DNA of 64,000 nt. Origin: Squalus acanthias. Lineage: Eukaryota. A model generated the notes under the pieces. That model saw nothing but the letters and a program-made list of their open reading frames with translations, made no database searches and was not told the DNA's origin. A program made the position numbers and the translations under genes. The stretch spans positions 25,794,001 through 25,858,000 of the forward strand of contig CM059433.1 in NCBI GenBank assembly GCA_030390025.1. Reading direction: 5' to 3'. Positions 61,678 through 64,000 of this stretch are shown in pieces; position 1 is the stretch's first letter, and each line of letters begins with the position of its first letter.

Positions 61678-62444
61678 GGGGCTGGATTTTCTGAATGGGA
61701 AGCTTTTGGAGGCGGGACTGCTGCTTGCCGGGTTTCAATCCTGCCTCCATCAGCTTCTGGCCAACCAGCGGGAATTTCCCCTGATTGACCTTGTTAAGCC
61801 CGCCCGGCGGGCTCAGCGGGCCAATTAAGGGGAAGTCAGTGACAGAGCACGTCAACGTATGACGTGTTATCTGTCAAGAACTTTTGAAAGAAGAAATGTC
61901 ATCGTTTCACAGCTCTGTGAAGCTGTCAAACACTGACATTCTGTGTAGTTTGATGAGTTCTCGTGTTCAGGACTCATCAAACCTTTCTACTTTGTAAAAA
62001 ATCAGCTGGCTGTTGGATCGGAGGATGCAACAGCCAGTCTGTGACCTCTACAATGGAGATGTCGAGGACTCCGGCTCCACAGCGGCTGAAGGCTATAGGT
62101 AGAAACAAAGGTAAGTTAACATTTTCTAACACTTTACACTCACCTCACATACTTACCACTCCACACTTTCACCCATCACTCACTTCTACATCACACTTTT
62201 AGACCCCTCCGACCCCCGCACACCTCCTACTCACCTCCTACACCCCGGTGGGGTTCCCCCAGGTCGGGAAGCCCGCACTTCAGCACCAAAAATGGGGATA
62301 ATCCTATTTTCTGCCTGTTAACTACCTGGCAAGCGGGCATGGAGGCGGGTTGGGGGCAAGTTTGCCACCCGCCCCCAAATTCTGCAATTTTCCGGCAGTC
62401 CCATCTCCACACCCGCCTCCTCGAGGCTGAGAAAATCCAGCCCC
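61678..62444. mobile_element. Harbinger-type MITE
   Basis: 15-bp perfect TIR GGGGCTGGATTTTCT; TSD not preserved. Confidence 0.7.
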
Positions 62445-62460
62445 TGGTTTCGAAACATAA

Positions 62461-63585
62461 GGGTAGAAATTGCGATACATCTCGCACGTTTTCAGGGTCG
62501 GAAATGGGCGCCACAAAGTCAAATTCAGGAGCGTGATGTTACACACCGGAAAAGCGCTGGAAGAGCGGGCAACGCCATATTGATCTGGGCTCTCGATAGG
62601 CGTCCCCCGCGGCCACCTGCAACAAATGCTGGCATCATTTAAATATTATAAATTAAATATTATCAGAGCCCTTTTGTGAAATTGGTGTCCATGCGTGCCA
62701 GAAACATCATTTCCTTAACCCGCCCAGCACATCATGGCGGGAGCGGGCAGTAAGCAGCTTCAAGAAGTGGTATTTAAAGGGATCCTCACCTCTATTAAGC
62801 TAATTCTGTGGTTAGTCATTTTAGCCTGCTTGATCAGGTTTTTGAATCAGGATTTTGGCTGTTTTGACGACTGTTTGGCTGTTAAATAGTTTGGCAAAGT
62901 CCATTTGTGGCGGGCTACAACTGTTTCCCTGAATTTTCTTGTTCAGAATTGCTGAACATGGGCATGTCGCTGGGCTTACCATTGATGCCCTCAAATGAGA
63001 AGGAGGAGCAGAGGCAAGGAAGGCAGTGAAGACCTGCACAGGCTGCACGAAGAGGGCAGAGGAGGCAAAGGAGCAGGAACGATTATCATACCTGGACCTC
63101 ACAGAAGTGAGGCAGTGTGTAAGGTGGCTGTGTTTCAACAGGGAGACAGTCACTTCCCTGTGCCACCTATTGCAGTGATAGTTGGAACCTAACACCAAGC
63201 CCTGCACTGCACTGCCTGTAGCAGTAACAGTCACCGTGGCTCGAATCTTTATGCCTCTGGCTCCTGCCAAACTGTTTCCTGCGATATCAGCAGCATGAGT
63301 CAGTTTTCTGTACACACGGTGATCTGGTAGGTCACTGATGCACTGTTTGCAGGGCATCAGCAATTCATTATCTTCCCAATAGAGGCTGACCAGCAGGAAG
63401 AAAGAACACTGGGATTTGCCTGCATTGCTGGATTCCCACAGGTGCAGGAGACCATCGACTGCACACACATGGCCCTGTATGCTCCCCATCAGGAACCAGC
63501 TCTGCTCATCAACAGGAAGGGCTCTGATATAATGAAAGCCATGTATCAACAAGGGTTATCATTGAACAAACCATTGGCGTCCTAA
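62461..63585 (+). mobile_element. Degenerate, internally deleted Harbinger transposon
   Basis: TIR-like GGGTAGAAATTG; AGFPQVQETIDCTH..INRKG at ~63425-63525. Confidence 0.72.
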
Positions 63586-64000
63586 CAGCAACAAATGTGC
63601 ATTTATATAGCGCCTTTAATGTAGTAAAACGTCCCAAAGGCGCTTCACAGGAGAGTTATCAAACAAAATTTGACAACAAGCCACACAAGGAGATATTAGG
63701 GCAGACCTTGGCCAAAGTCCCAAGTTTTAAGGAGTGTCTTAAAGGAGGAGAGAGAGAGGTAGAGAGGCAGAGAGGTTTAGGTAGGGAAGTTTAGGGCCTA
63801 GGCAGCTGAATTCACGGCTGGCAAGGGGTGATGAGTGAACGGGACTTAGTGCGAGTTAGGATATGGGCAGCTGAGTTTTGGATGAGCTCAAGTTTATGCA
63901 GGGTGGAAGATGGAGGCCGGCCAGGAGAGCATTGAAATAGTCAAGTCTACAGGTAACAAAGGCGTGGATGAGGGTTTGAGCAGCAGATGAGCTGAGGCAG
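63586..64000 (-). mobile_element. L2 3' fragment
   Basis: Similar to 12062-12720. Confidence 0.85.

Noticed and set aside
62821..63552. 243-aa minus-strand ORF
   Set aside because: It is antisense to a decayed Harbinger transposase and has no recognisable motifs.
1..64000. Uni-strand piRNA-cluster-like orientation bias
   Set aside because: Elements occur on both strands, and this cannot be supported without small-RNA data.

Overview
Repeat-saturated vertebrate DNA with no intact host gene. The host is most likely a cartilaginous fish, inferred from HE1-like SINEs and shark-type CR1, Penelope and Harbinger repeats. (1) At 1-8497 lies the 3' part of a lokiretrovirus-like (spuma-related) provirus. 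It has an uninterrupted RT-RH-RH-IN pol with a long C-terminal extension, and a disrupted env that joins a signal peptide, an immunoglobulin-like domain and a paramyxovirus-F-like fusion protein. Its 1.6 kb LTR has two diverged solo-LTR relatives at 24824-26429 and 59017-60731. (2) At about 9.8-29 kb is a decayed tandem array of at least three intronless MROH1-like copies, broken by insertions and microhomology deletions. (3) At 49043-57240 is a class I (gamma/epsilon-like) ERV with gag-pol-env, nested inside a full-length CR1. (4) The rest is CR1/L2 LINEs, a second solo-LTR family, Harbinger and Tc1/mariner MITEs, and Penelope fragments carrying minimal hammerhead ribozymes. All calls come from reading motifs by eye; no searches were run.
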